A stretch of DNA of 64,000 nucleotides from an uncultured Gemmatimonadales bacterium (lineage in GTDB: Bacteria; Gemmatimonadota; Gemmatimonadetes; Longimicrobiales; RSA9): positions 160,001 to 224,000 of the forward strand of contig CAWCRS010000002.1 in assembly GCA_963798085.1 (NCBI GenBank). Direction: 5' to 3'. The notes under the pieces are model-generated. The model ran no database searches. It had not been told where the DNA came from and saw only the letters and a program-made list of their open reading frames with translations. A program made the translations under genes and the position numbers. This document shows, in pieces, positions 1-14,371 of this stretch (its first letter is position 1; every line of letters starts with the position of its first letter).

Positions 1-576
1 TCCGGCACCATCCTCACGAACGCGACGGCGCGCGTGCTGCGCAAGCACGGACTCGACTTCACCACTGACGCCATCTCGATCGTCGGCAAGGACGCGGCGG
101 GTCAGATCACCGAAGAGGCGCCCGCAGCGGCGGGCCCCACGCGCGCATCGGCCATGCCTCAGGCGCACACGATTTCGCTCAGCACCACGCCCAGCGTGCG
201 TTATCTGCTGCTGCACGACCTGGCCGTGGCGCGCAGCGGCAGCCGGGTGACCTGCACGGTGCACGTGGAACGTGGCACCGCGCTGTTTGCGGGGGAAGCC
301 ATCGAGCTGGACACGGAGTCCGGGCGCACGCGCGCCGCCGCGCGCGCCACACTGAATGCCGCGGAGCACGCGTCGGAGAAGCTGGCACTCGGGCTGGAGG
401 GCGCGCTCGTGCTCGACATGTTCGGCCGGAAGTACGTCGCGGCCTCGGTGGAAGCCGCGATCGAGCGACGCTTCGCGGTGCTGGCCGGGCTCGTGCCCAT
501 CGACCCGGCGCGCTCGGTCGAGGAAGCCGCCTGCCTGGCCGCGCTGCGCGCCATCGACCGCTGGATTGCCTGGTAA
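1..576 (+). CDS. Hypothetical protein, 5'-truncated by the window edge
   Basis: Frame 1 is open from base 1 to TAA at 574-576; typical high-GC codon usage. Confidence 0.7.
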   Translation, partial: SGTILTNATARVLRKHGLDFTTDAISIVGKDAAGQITEEAPAAAGPTRASAMPQAHTISLSTTPSVRYLLLHDLAVARSGSRVTCTVHVERGTALFAGEAIELDTESGRTRAAARATLNAAEHASEKLALGLEGALVLDMFGRKYVAASVEAAIERRFAVLAGLVPIDPARSVEEAACLAALRAIDRWIAW

Positions 577-622
577 ACGAGCTGTTAGAGGGCCCCCGGC
601 CCGTGCGGGCGGGAAGCGCAGC

Positions 623-800
623 TCAGACGTTGCAAGGCCTGCCGAAGAAACGACGGATCTCCCGCACCAGCCGCATGGGCTCGACGGGCTTGGCGAGGAA
701 ACCATCGCAGCCCGCGTCCAGGGCGCGCTGCCGGTCTTCTTCCATCGCGGGGGCGGGACGGCGATCACCGGCATGTGGCGGGTGAGCGGATCGCGGTCCC
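623..800 (-). pseudogene. Truncated and frameshifted CheY/DivK-like response regulator receiver domain (C-terminal half only)
   Basis: Manual translation gives RDPLTRHMPVIAV / AMEEDRQRALDAGCDGFLAKPVEPMRLVREIRRFF, with the receiver KP motif; frameshift near 750; no room for an N-terminal half before the upstream gene stop at 881. Confidence 0.7.
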
Positions 801-880
801 GCGCCCGGTGTCAGCAGGGTTGATTCGCCACCTGAATCGCCGGTGCAAGGCCTGACGCCGGAAGGCCGCGCGCCGCTCCG

Positions 881-1909
881 TCAGACCTCCTCGAGATCTT
901 CCTTTTCCTTGAAGATCTTGAGGTTCGTCGAATGACCCGGGTTGTAGCGTGCCGACGGGTTGAGATAGTGTACTGCGTGGTTCACGGCCATGGCCGCTTC
1001 GCTGAATCCCGTCACGATCAGTTCCAGCTTGCCTTCGTAGGTCACAATGTCGCCCGCGGCGAACACGCCCGGCAGGTTCGTCTCGAGCCGGTTGCTCACC
1101 CGGATCGAATTCTTCTCGAGCTCCAGGCCCCAGTGCGCGATCGGTCCGAGATCGGGCTTGAAGCCGATCAGCGCCAGCACCGCATCCACCTCGTAGGTCG
1201 ATTCTGCGCCGCTGCGATTATCGAAGATGGTGACACCTGAGACAGCGGAGTCGCCGTGGATCGCGCGCACTTCTCGGTGGGTGAGCAGCTCGATGCTGCC
1301 GTCGGCGACACCGTCGTGCAGCTGGCGCATGGATTGATGGTGCGCGCGAAACCCCTCCCGCCGGTGGATCAGGATCAGACGTTTCGTCAGGCCGCGCAGA
1401 TTCAGCACCCAGTCGACTGCGCTGTCGCCTCCACCGACGATGAGCACGCGGCTGCCGTGGTACAGTGACGGATCCCGCACATGGTAGCTGACGCCGCGAC
1501 CCAGCAGCGCCTCGTAGCCGGGCACGTCCAGCCCGCGCGGCGCGAATGCGCCCTTGCCGCCGGAAATGAGGACGGTGCGCGTGGTCAGCCGGTCGCGATT
1601 GGTGACGACGATCCAGTGATCTTCCGCACGCTCCAGCTTCATCACTTCTTCTTCGAGACGCACCTCCGCGCCCCACTGCGTGCCCTGCTGCGCCATGTTC
1701 TGGCTCAGCTCGCGCGCCAGGATGCGGGGGAATCCACCCACATCATAAATGTACTTCTCGGGATAGAGCGCGCTCAGCTGTCCGCCCAGCTCGGGCAGCG
1801 AATCAATGATGCGGCAGCTGAGTCCGCGCATGCCGGCGTAGAACGCGCCAAACAGCCCGGTGGGTCCGCCACCAATGATCGTGATGTCCGTGATCTTGTC
1901 GCTTGCCAC
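881..1909 (-). CDS. Ferredoxin--NADP+ reductase, TrxB-like YumC type (FAD/NAD(P) oxidoreductase)
   Basis: GGGPTG, GGQLSALYPEKYIYD, GGGDSAVD and FAAGD motifs; no CxxC; C-terminal HST. Confidence 0.85.
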   Translation of the reverse strand: MASDKITDITIIGGGPTGLFGAFYAGMRGLSCRIIDSLPELGGQLSALYPEKYIYDVGGFPRILARELSQNMAQQGTQWGAEVRLEEEVMKLERAEDHWIVVTNRDRLTTRTVLISGGKGAFAPRGLDVPGYEALLGRGVSYHVRDPSLYHGSRVLIVGGGDSAVDWVLNLRGLTKRLILIHRREGFRAHHQSMRQLHDGVADGSIELLTHREVRAIHGDSAVSGVTIFDNRSGAESTYEVDAVLALIGFKPDLGPIAHWGLELEKNSIRVSNRLETNLPGVFAAGDIVTYEGKLELIVTGFSEAAMAVNHAVHYLNPSARYNPGHSTNLKIFKEKEDLEEV

Positions 1910-1928
1910 CGTCAGTCCTCTGCCTGCG

Positions 1929-3213
1929 TCAGCTCTGCGCGTCGGCCTCGCCCTCGAAGAAATGCGACGCGCGGTAGCGTTGTACCCCTTCGTGAATCAG
2001 CAGCTTGATCATCACTGCCGCGGGCATGGCCAGCAACAGTCCGACGAAGCCGAAGAAGAATCCGCCCACCGCGAGCGCCAGCATCACCCACACCGGGTGC
2101 AGTCCCACGGACCCGCCCACAATGCGCGGCCCGGTGACGGAGCCGTCGATGAACTGCACCACCGCGAACACGGCTCCCGCCTTGAGCAGCGCGGTCGCCA
2201 CATTGCCGCTGAGCAGCGCAATGATCACGACCGGCACGATGCTGGCGATCAATCCAACATAGGGCACCAGGTTGAACACGCCCGCAACGACGCCCACGAG
2301 TCCGGAATTCGGGAAACCCAGGACGAGCAGACCCAGCCACGTGAGCACGCCCACGAGCGCGGCTTCGATCAGCTGGCCGCGCAGGAAGCGTGAGAGCAGC
2401 CGGTCGTATTCGCGGAAGAAGCGCAGCATGCCCTCGCGACGCGTCGGTGGAATGAGAGACGTCGCCTGCGCCTTGATGCGGTCGAAGTCGCGCAGCAGAT
2501 AGACGAGTAACACCGGTGTCAGCACGAGGTAGCTCAGCACGCCGAGCACGGCGCCCAGGCCGCGACCCACGCCCAGCAGCGCGGACAGACCGCCACCCAG
2601 CATCCGGCTCTGCCGATCGCGGATCATTTCGGACAGCCGCGCCGGATTGAGAAAAGCGATGTCGCGCGTGGGATCGAAGTCCGGCAGGAACGGTATGCGC
2701 ATGTTGCCCAGCCGGTCGTGTATGGACTGCAGCCACGTGCCCAGGCGCTGCAGCGCTTCGGGTGTGTGCTGGATCACACTCTCGATCTGGTCCGCGATCG
2801 CCGGCACCGCGCCCACGATCAGTACGGCCAGCAGCGCCGAGTGCGGGCACAGCCAGCAGGCCAATGGCCGGACCCCGTTTTATGCGACGACGCTCCAGCA
2901 CGTCCACGGCGGGATCCAGGATGTACGCCAGCGCCAGCGCCAGCAGGAATGGCGCGAGCAGTCCACCCAGCCGTTCCAGCAGCCAGACAGCGATCAGCAG
3001 CGTGGCCAGCACCACGACAGTGGTGTGCCCGCGCATGCCGGCATACGGCGAGATCAGCGCGACGAGGACGAGGTAGCAGAGCAGGGGTCCGAGGATGGAG
3101 TGCAGCGAGAGTGTGAACAGGATGGCGGCGCCCAGCACCAGCGCGCCATAGAGCACACGCCACTGGTCGCGGCGCTCCGCGGCGCCGCGGTTGTCAGCCC
3201 GCGACGGCTCCAT
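1929..3213 (-). CDS. AI-2E (PerM) family transporter, frameshift near 2865
   Basis: LAYILDPAV in the N-terminal frame; RGQL, FNLVPYVG and PRIVGGSVGLHPVW in the C-terminal frame. Confidence 0.85.
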
Positions 3214-3715
3214 CACCGCTCGCCGGGCCGGCCGGTCCCTGCAGCAGGCGGTCCCCGGCGGCGCGCAGCACTTCGCGCGCATTGTCGTAGGTCACGGTCT
3301 CGAGCGCACTCTCGAATGTGCACCAGAATGCACGCCGTGATGCCTTCCTCGAGCTGCGGTACGGGCTCGCCGCCGTCGGACTCGACCAGAAAGAAATGAC
3401 AGATCTTGTGGACCAGCCGGCCCTGATGGCGATAGTACCAGTCGATCGTGGGCAGCTCCGCCATCACCGCGAGCGTGTTCAGACCCGTCTCCTCGCCCAC
3501 TTCGCGCAGGGCCGCATCCTGCGGCGATTCCCTGCCCTCAATGTGGCCCTTCGGCAGTCCCCAGTTCTCGTACGGATCGCGAATCAGCAGGAACGCGAAG
3601 CCATGGCCGTTACGCCGCACCACCACGCCGCCCGAGCTGTGCTCGACACGCGCGCGGCCGCGACGCCGGCCGCGACGTTTCGGCTTGCCCTCCCCGCGCT
3701 CTGCCCCTGGCTCAA
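3194..3715 (-). CDS. NUDIX hydrolase (Ap4A hydrolase-like), frameshifted, ends approximate
   Basis: SSGGVV and Nudix box LPKGHIEGRESPQDAALREVGEETG; C-terminus TYDNAREVL in a shifted frame. Confidence 0.8.
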
Positions 3716-3769
3716 ATCCACCTCACTCGTTTCCCGCGGCGGGCCGGTGCACAGCCCGGCCGCGCGCGC

Positions 3770-4759
3770 TCAGAATACCCGCACATTGATGTAGCGGCGA
3801 GGATTCGTGCGCAGATCCTTGAGCAGCGTCTGCAGTTCCTGGTTCGACTCGACCAGCTTCCAGTACAGCGTGGTGTCACGCAGCATGAGGCCCAGCGTGC
3901 CCTGCCCGTTGGCCAGCGCGCTCGCCACATCGCCCACGGAGCGCAGCACGGTGTCCGCCGTGGTCGCCGTGGTGCGCATGGTCCGACTCGCAATGAGCAG
4001 CTCCTTCGACAGCGAATCGATCTGCGTGGATGCGTGCTCCGCCGTAACCATGATGCTGACGAGCCGGTCGCCGCTGATCGCCTGTTCCACCTGCGAGAAC
4101 GTGCGGTTGATGGTGTCCACCGCCTTGCCCAGCGCATCCGCGGTCTGCCCCAGGTCCGCGGCCAGTCCGTCCACCGCCTTCTGCTGCCGCGTCACCATGT
4201 CCGTCAGCTGGCCACTGACCTGATTGATGTTGTCGATGGCGCGCCGGATATTGGCGGCTGTCTCTTCCGTGAACGCCACCTCGAAGCGCGAGCTGAGCGT
4301 GGCCATGTTCCGTGCGATCTGGTCGGCCACCGCAGTGAGTCGCGAAATGTCGGGCAGTGCCGCGCCCGGCAGTACCGTGGGATCCAATGCTTCGGCGTAG
4401 TCGTAGTCCGCGACGGATGTGCGCGGGAAGATCTCCGCCTGCCAGTCGCCGAACATCGAGCCGGGCGCCAGCACTACCACGGGATCCTCCGGCAGGCGCA
4501 CGTCCGCCTTCACGCGCATGGTGACGATCACGCCATCGCCCGTCGCCTCCAGCTCGATGGAACGCACCCGGCCGATAAGCACGCCGTGCACCTTCACCGC
4601 ATTGCCGTCCTGCAGCTGACCCACTTCGTGGAAGCGCGCCTTCAGCTCCAGCTCATCCGTGCCCAGCTTCTTGCCCTTCAGCCAGAGCGTGCCGAACAGC
4701 ACTACCACGATGGCCAGGATCACGGAGGCGCCGACCAGCACTTCATTGCGGGCTTTCAT
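3770..4759 (-). CDS. mlaD: MCE/MlaD family protein with helical extension
   Basis: N-terminal TM helix, GxxVKVHGVxIGRV MCE motif, C-terminal GTLGLML...NPRRYI. Confidence 0.85.
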   Translation of the reverse strand: MKARNEVLVGASVILAIVVVLFGTLWLKGKKLGTDELELKARFHEVGQLQDGNAVKVHGVLIGRVRSIELEATGDGVIVTMRVKADVRLPEDPVVVLAPGSMFGDWQAEIFPRTSVADYDYAEALDPTVLPGAALPDISRLTAVADQIARNMATLSSRFEVAFTEETAANIRRAIDNINQVSGQLTDMVTRQQKAVDGLAADLGQTADALGKAVDTINRTFSQVEQAISGDRLVSIMVTAEHASTQIDSLSKELLIASRTMRTTATTADTVLRSVGDVASALANGQGTLGLMLRDTTLYWKLVESNQELQTLLKDLRTNPRRYINVRVF

Positions 4760-5507
4760 GCTGCCGCCTCCTGCGCAAGGTCAGGCCTGCCTTCGATGAA
4801 TCCGCGCACGACCGGATCATCCGCGGCCCGGATCTCGTCGGGTGTGCCCGTGAAACGGATGCGGCCGCGATAGAGCATGGCAATGCGATCCGCCACCCGG
4901 TATGCCGACTGCATGTCGTGCGTCACGACGACGCTGGTAACACCGAGTTCGCGCCGCATGCGCTGCACCAGATCATCGATCACCGCGGTGGTCACCGGGT
5001 CCAGGCCCGACGTGGGTTCGTCGTAGAGCAGGTACTTGGGACGCGTGGCAATGGCCCGCGCCAGTCCCACACGCTTGCGCTGCCCGCCGGAAATCTCGGC
5101 CGGCAGCCGCGCGTCGTACCCATCCATTTCGACCAGCCGCAGCGAATCATGAACCCGCGCCGCCACCTCTTCTTCGCTCATGCGCCGCGAACGGCGCAGT
5201 CCCATGGCCACGTTGTCGAATACACTCATGGAGTCGAACAGCGCCGCGAACTGGAAGACGTACCCCACGTGGCGACGCAGCTCGTACAGCTCTTCCTGCG
5301 CCATTGCAGCCACGTCGCGGTCGTCCACGATCACGGTGCCGGCATCCGGCTCGACCAGCCGCACAATGGTCTTGAGCAACACTGATTTCCCGCGCCCAAT
5401 GTGCCGATCACCGCCATGGTTTCTCCATCACGGATTTCAAGATCGACCTCTTCCAGCACGACCTTGCCGCCGAACGCCTTGCGCACCCCGCTCAGCACGA
5501 TGCTCAT
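4756..5507 (-). CDS. mlaF: MlaF/Mkl-type ABC ATP-binding protein, frameshift near 5400
   Basis: FQFAALFDSM, ISGGQRKRVGLARA and LLYDEPTSGLDP; Walker A split by the indel. Confidence 0.85.
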
Positions 5508-6294
5508 ATCAGGGTCACCGCCCAGAACGCATCCAGCACCAGGATCAGCATGCTGGACACCACCACGGCCTGCGTGGTGGAGCGACCCACCGCCTCCGCG
5601 CCGCCCAATGTGCTGAAGCCGAAGAAGCGCCGATCAATGTGACCGCCAGCCCGAAGGATGCCGCCTTCAGCAGGGAGTACCGAATGTCGAAGGTGCGGAA
5701 GAAGAGACGCAGCCCGCGCACGAACTCCGGCGTCGACAGATCCAGCAGATTGATGGCGGTGATCCAGCCCCCCACGATGCCGACGGCGTTGGCGAATGCC
5801 ACGACCACAGGGAACATCAGCACGCCCGCGAGCACACGCGGCACGACGAGGTACGCGACCGGATCGTAAGCCAGTGTTTCCAGCGCGTCGATCTGCTCGG
5901 TCACGCGCATGCTGCCGATCTCGGCCGCGATGTTGGCGCCGACCCGGCCCGCCAGGGCCAGGCCTGTGAGCACCGGACCCAGCTCCAGCACCATCGTTTT
6001 CTCCACCAGCACGCCCACGAAATACAACGGCACCGCGCCCGTGAACGTGTACGATGCCTGGAGCGCCAGAACGATGCCGGTGAAGCTGGCAATGAAGAGT
6101 GCGATGGGCAGGGAATCGACCCCCAGCCTCGCCATTTGCAGGATCAGCAGCCGGCCCCAGAATGCCAATGTTGGGAAGCGCGCGTCCCATCTCCGCCGGC
6201 GAAAGCGCCAGAAACGGCCGAAGCCTGCCGCGAATCCGATCGCGCCACGGCCCACCGCAGCGACCGGAACCTCCCAGGCCGACCTCATGGCCAT
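5504..6294 (-). CDS. mlaE: MlaE family ABC permease, frameshift near 5625
   Basis: ELGPVLT..GRVGANIAAEIGSMRVTEQIDALE; GAEAVGRSTTQAVV. Confidence 0.88.
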
Positions 6295-6333
6295 GAAGTT
6301 ACCCCGCCCGGCCGCAGGCCGTCCACCCGAATC

Positions 6334-7167
6334 TCAGCCAGCGGGCGAACCGCCGGCGCTGAACCAGTGCAGTTCCTGCACCAGTGGCGCCTCGCCCAGT
6401 TCCGCGGCCAGCCGGAAGAAGTGCAGCAGCCCCTCCTGCATGCGTGCGTCGAGCGTGTAGCGCAGTGAGCGCCAGTAGCGCAGCATGCGCTCGGCCGAGA
6501 GGCCGTAGCGCGCCGAGTGGCGCTGCGCCAGGTCCTCTGCGTGCTCGTAGAAGAAGGCGCGCGACTCCAGCAGGGTCTGGTGCAGCCGCTCCACTTCGGC
6601 CGCCGGCGCACCTGCGCGCACCTGCCACACCGCATAGGCGAAGGGCAGCGCCGTCCATTCCGACCACGCCTGGCCCAGATCCAGCACCACGCGATCCGCG
6701 GGCACGACACGGCGCAGCGCCACATCGCCAATGCGCAGCACTGCGGCCGCGCGTACACCCACCGGATCGCCCGCGTCGGCCTGGTGGAACCACGCGTAGC
6801 GCGGCACTACGCCAAAACGCTTCTCCAGCAGAATGCGCAGCAGCACCACCGAAGTCGCGGATGCCGTCGGCAGCCAAACTTCGCATCCGGATAACGCGTC
6901 GATAGGCACCGCGCTCTCCAGCTGGATGCTGCCCACTTCGCCTTCCGAGCCGATCGCCAGATCGCGCAGCAGCGTGTACTCGTCGGCGTGTCGCGCATAT
7001 TCGATGCTGGAACACGGTGCTACATCCACGCGGCCGATGAGCAGCGCATCATTCAGATCGGATGGCATGCCCATGACCAGCTCGATCCCCTCGGGCCGCT
7101 GCCGCTCGAGCAGCCGCGCATGGACCGGCACGCAATTGCTGAAGTCGATATGACCGAGTCGGATCAT
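6334..7167 (-). CDS. mqnA: Chorismate dehydratase (futalosine menaquinone pathway)
   Basis: IDFSNCVP, SSIEY, SATS, IGDVAL and DLGQAW..LPFAYAVW motifs. Confidence 0.85.
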   Translation of the reverse strand: MIRLGHIDFSNCVPVHARLLERQRPEGIELVMGMPSDLNDALLIGRVDVAPCSSIEYARHADEYTLLRDLAIGSEGEVGSIQLESAVPIDALSGCEVWLPTASATSVVLLRILLEKRFGVVPRYAWFHQADAGDPVGVRAAAVLRIGDVALRRVVPADRVVLDLGQAWSEWTALPFAYAVWQVRAGAPAAEVERLHQTLLESRAFFYEHAEDLAQRHSARYGLSAERMLRYWRSLRYTLDARMQEGLLHFFRLAAELGEAPLVQELHWFSAGGSPAG

Positions 7168-7245
7168 GTCATCCGGACGGCAGCGCCCGGGATCGCCGCG
7201 CGGGGCAGAGGTGAGGTCCGGCAGCCGGCAAAGGGCGAACGGCCC

Positions 7246-7617
7246 TCAGCCGGACGGTCGCCTGCGCGCCGGCTTCGTCGATTTGTGATCATCGAAAGTG
7301 AACTGGATGCACGCTCCATCACCACCACGTTCCGGTCGCGAGGTCTCTACCACAATGCGCGTGACGATGCCGTGCGGATCGTGCACATCGATCTCGAACT
7401 CGAGATTCTCTTTACGCGACATCACGCGCGTCCGCACCTTCGCTCCCGGTCGCTTCGCCAGCGGCTCCGGATTGCGGAACAACGTCTTCGTGGATTGCCG
7501 TCCGTTCTCCAGCGTGCGCGTCACCTTCACCTGGTGCAGCCAGTCGGGCGGATAACTGATCGCGTAGTCCGCGCCCCGCTGATCGGTGCCGCGCCCCACT
7601 CTGTTGTGACGAGCCAT
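7246..7617 (-). CDS. Hypothetical protein
   Basis: ORF MARHNRVG... with GGAGG RBS upstream. Confidence 0.65.
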   Translation of the reverse strand: MARHNRVGRGTDQRGADYAISYPPDWLHQVKVTRTLENGRQSTKTLFRNPEPLAKRPGAKVRTRVMSRKENLEFEIDVHDPHGIVTRIVVETSRPERGGDGACIQFTFDDHKSTKPARRRPSG

Positions 7618-7787
7618 CCACGCCTCCATCGCGTTGCACCGGCGGAGCACCGCCGACCCGCCAACTTTTTCTCCCATCATGGCAACTGTCAAGGCGAGAC
7701 GCACGGCGTGTGACATGCGCCGCACACCCGCTACCGGGCCTGCCCGCCCGTTCCGGCGGCTGCCGCCCCTGCGCGGTGTCCCCACTC

Positions 7788-7816
7788 TTGACCCGCCGCC
7801 AGCGCCGTGCTACACT
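7788..7816 (+). promoter_or_regulatory. Sigma70-type promoter for rho
   Basis: TTGACC-N17-TACACT. Confidence 0.65.
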
Positions 7817-7977
7817 ACCGCGTCACCACGACAATGAACCTTCCCGACTCGGAGGCGCGGTCGCGCGCCATAGCTCCAGCCTATATCTCAGACCCTTGAA
7901 CTCAGGCGCACGGACTCCATCCGCCCGCCTCCGCACACTGCACCATGCTTAACCACGACATTCGGAGCCAACAAACC

Positions 7978-9228
7978 GTGGACATCGCTGAGCTGAAGAG
8001 CAAATCCATCGCGGAACTGCACTCGATGGCGGAGGAGCTCAACATCGCGAACTACTCCGGTTTGCGGAAACAGGATCTGATCTTCCGCATCGAGCAGAAT
8101 CTGCTGGACAGCGACGTCGTTCTGCGCGGCGAAGGTGTGCTCGAGATCCTGCCGGAAGGCTACGGCTTCCTGCGCTCGCAGGATTGGAACTACCTCTACG
8201 GCCCTGATGACATCTATGTCAGCCCGTCGCAGATCAAGCGCTTCGACCTGCGCACCGGTGACACGGTGCTCGGTCAGGTGCGACCGCCCAAGGAGGGCGA
8301 GCGTTACCTGGCACTGCTGAAGGTCGAGCAGGTCAATGGCGATGATCCCGAACGCGCCAAGCATCGCATTGCGTTCGACAACCTGCGCCCGCGCTACCCC
8401 GAGAGCCGCATCAAGCTGGAGAACGAAACCGGCGACCTCTCCATGCGTCTCATGGATCTGGTCGTGCCCATTGGCAAGGGACAGCGCGGCCTGATCGTCT
8501 CACCGCCCAAGGCGGGCAAGACGATCCTGATGCAGAAGATCGCCAACTCGGTGATCGAAAACCATCCTGACGTGCATCTCATCGTGCTGCTGATTGACGA
8601 ACGCCCCGAGGAAGTCACGGACATGGAGGAGCACGTCCGCGGCGAGGTGATTTCCTCCACGTTCGATGAGCCCGCCGACCGCCACGTGCAGGTCGCGGAA
8701 ATGGTGATCGAAAAGGCCAAGCGACTCGTCGAGCACGGGCGTGATGTCGTCATCCTGCTCGACTCCATCACGCGTCTGGCAAGGGCGTACAACGTGGTGG
8801 TGCCGCACTCCGGCAAGATCCTGTCCGGTGGTGTCGATGCGCACGCACTGCACAAACCCAAACGCTTCTTCGGCGCCGCGCGCAACATCGACCAGGGCGG
8901 CTCACTCACCATTATCGCCACGGCGCTGATCGAAACCGGCTCGCGCATGGACGAAGTGATCTTCGAGGAGTTCAAGGGCACCGGCAACATGGAAGTCGTG
9001 CTCGACCGCCACATCGCGGACAAACGCATCTTCCCGGCGATCGACATCAATCGCTCCGGCACACGCAAGGAAGAGTTGCTGCTCGACGAGATCGAGCTCA
9101 ACCGTGTCTATCTGCTGCGCAACTTCCTCGCCGACATGCCGCCCGCCGAAGCGCTCGAGTTCCTGCTCGATCGCATGCGCCGCACCAAGACCAACAAGGA
9201 ATTCCTCGACTCGATGGCGAAAGGCTGA
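7978..9228 (+). CDS. rho: Transcription termination factor Rho (start GTG 7978 or ATG 7945)
   Basis: [35 protein letters not shown] and EEFKGTGN. Confidence 0.98.
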   Translation: MDIAELKSKSIAELHSMAEELNIANYSGLRKQDLIFRIEQNLLDSDVVLRGEGVLEILPEGYGFLRSQDWNYLYGPDDIYVSPSQIKRFDLRTGDTVLGQVRPPKEGERYLALLKVEQVNGDDPERAKHRIAFDNLRPRYPESRIKLENETGDLSMRLMDLVVPIGKGQRGLIVSPPKAGKTILMQKIANSVIENHPDVHLIVLLIDERPEEVTDMEEHVRGEVISSTFDEPADRHVQVAEMVIEKAKRLVEHGRDVVILLDSITRLARAYNVVVPHSGKILSGGVDAHALHKPKRFFGAARNIDQGGSLTIIATALIETGSRMDEVIFEEFKGTGNMEVVLDRHIADKRIFPAIDINRSGTRKEELLLDEIELNRVYLLRNFLADMPPAEALEFLLDRMRRTKTNKEFLDSMAKG

Positions 9229-9250
9229 TCGCGCGAGCGCGCCCCCGACG

Positions 9251-9683
9251 CTACAGACCGAGTCGTCCTTCCACCAGCAGCCCGAGCGTGGCACGCTGCG
9301 CCGCCGAGGGCTCGACCGGCAGCACCGCGGCAAAGCTGCCGGCCCGCGTTTCTTCCAGCAGGAACAGAACCATGTCGCCGGCAGCCAGCGGCGCGCGGTA
9401 TGGCGCCGCGCGGCCCGTCGCATTCGATCGCGGTCATGCGACCCGCGCCGGTCAGCTCGCCCAGCACTCGACCGTAGTCGATCCACACATCCACCGGATC
9501 CACGGCGCTCTCCAGCCGCGGCACCACGTCCTGCTCGTAGTGCTGCGCGGCCCGTGCGAACGCCTCGGCATCACGCGTCTTCAATGCGCGCAGCACGGCG
9601 CGATACGCCTCGCGCGTGTCTGCCAGACCCCGCGTTGCGAAACTCGACTCGAGTCGCTGATCGGCCTGCTTCCGGTCCGCCAC
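9251..9683 (-). CDS. Hypothetical protein, frameshift near 9415
   Basis: Plausible coding N-terminus; continues in another frame to ...LLVEGRLGL* at 9251. Confidence 0.55.
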
Positions 9684-9885
9684 GTTTCGCTCGATTCCCG
9701 TGTCTGCGTTCCTGATTCCCTGCTACGGGCGACGCGCTGATGCCGCGATCGCAGCAGTTGCCGCAGCGCCGATTCTGTCCCGCGCACGGGGCCGCGTCAA
9801 CCTCGCCCCGCGACTTCCCCCGCCGCCACGCCGACGCTATGTTGGGTTCCCTTCAGTCGGTGGCCCGTGCACTCGGGAAGGTCTC

Positions 9886-10443
9886 ATGGCACAGCCTCGC
9901 TCCTTGTACTCGAAGCGCGCTCGCGGTATGCCCGAGACTGACATCCTCGAGCTGAACTGGGAGTTCTTCGGCGAGTTGTGCCGCGTGCTCGCAGTGCGGG
10001 TCGCAAGCGCCGGTTACCGCCCCGACGTGGTCGTCGGCATTGCCAAGGCCGGTGTCATTCCGGGCGCGGTGGTCGCCTCCATCCTGCGCTGCGATTTCCA
10101 TTCGCTGAAGATCAGCCGCGACAGTGCCGGCGCTCGCGTCCGCGCGCGCCCCCGCATCTTTTCCGCAGCACCCATGGAGGCCGCCGGCAAGCGCGTTCTC
10201 GTGGTCGACGAAATCTGCACCTCCGGCGACACCCTGCGCATCGCATTGAATGCGCTGCGCCAGGTGAATCCCGCCGAACTGAAAACCGCGACCAGCCTCG
10301 TCAAGGTCGGCGGTTATCGCCCCGACTTCTACGCCCTCGAAACCGCCGCCACTCCCATCTTCCCCTGGGACCGCCAGGTCATCGACGATTCCGGCAACGT
10401 CATCACGAATCCCGTGTACGCCGATCTCATTGAGGAAGCGTAG
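9886..10443 (+). CDS. Type I phosphoribosyltransferase
   Basis: VVGIAKAGVIP; PRPP-binding motif VLVVDEICTSGDT; FPW. Confidence 0.85.
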   Translation: MAQPRSLYSKRARGMPETDILELNWEFFGELCRVLAVRVASAGYRPDVVVGIAKAGVIPGAVVASILRCDFHSLKISRDSAGARVRARPRIFSAAPMEAAGKRVLVVDEICTSGDTLRIALNALRQVNPAELKTATSLVKVGGYRPDFYALETAATPIFPWDRQVIDDSGNVITNPVYADLIEEA

Positions 10444-10460
10444 CGACGGATTCTCTCTGG

Positions 10461-10796
10461 GACGGCGTTGCTGGGGCTGGGCTCGGGCTCGGTCGACGGA
10501 TCAACTGCGTTGCTGGCGCTCGTTGCTGGGGCTGGTTGCTCGGGAACGGACCACAGACCTGGAGTAACCACCGGTTAGACGAGCAGCAGTCGATTCAGGC
10601 AACGCCGATAGTAGCGTGGCGCACACCTGCGATGTGCGTGGCGGCGCAGCAAGGAACAACCGCATGTGGAGTGCTCAGCTACCTGTTAGTCGTTCCCGGG
10701 CAACCAGCCCCAGCAACCAGCGCGAGCAACGCCGTTCAATCCGTCCGATCCGTTCCCACCAACCAGCCCGAGCCCCAGCCCCAGCAACCGACGCCG
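10461..10796. repeat. Intergenic repeat family copy A: about 90-105 bp imperfect inverted arms around a unique spacer of about 140 bp
   Basis: 10461-10550 matches the reverse complement of 10690-10796. Confidence 0.85.
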
Positions 10797-10808
10797 CCAA
10801 CGGCGGCG

Positions 10809-14299
<3,491 letters not shown>

Positions 14300-14371
14300 G
14301 GGAGACCGTGCGCAATCTACCAGCCGCGGGGCACAGCTACCAGAGCGCGACCTGGCGAGCGCCGCGCCCCC

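Noticed and set aside
10564..10690. Integron attC site (GTTAGAC / GTTAG cores)
   Set aside because: No properly spaced RYYYAAC...GTTRRRY pair flanking a cassette ORF, and no integrase in the window.
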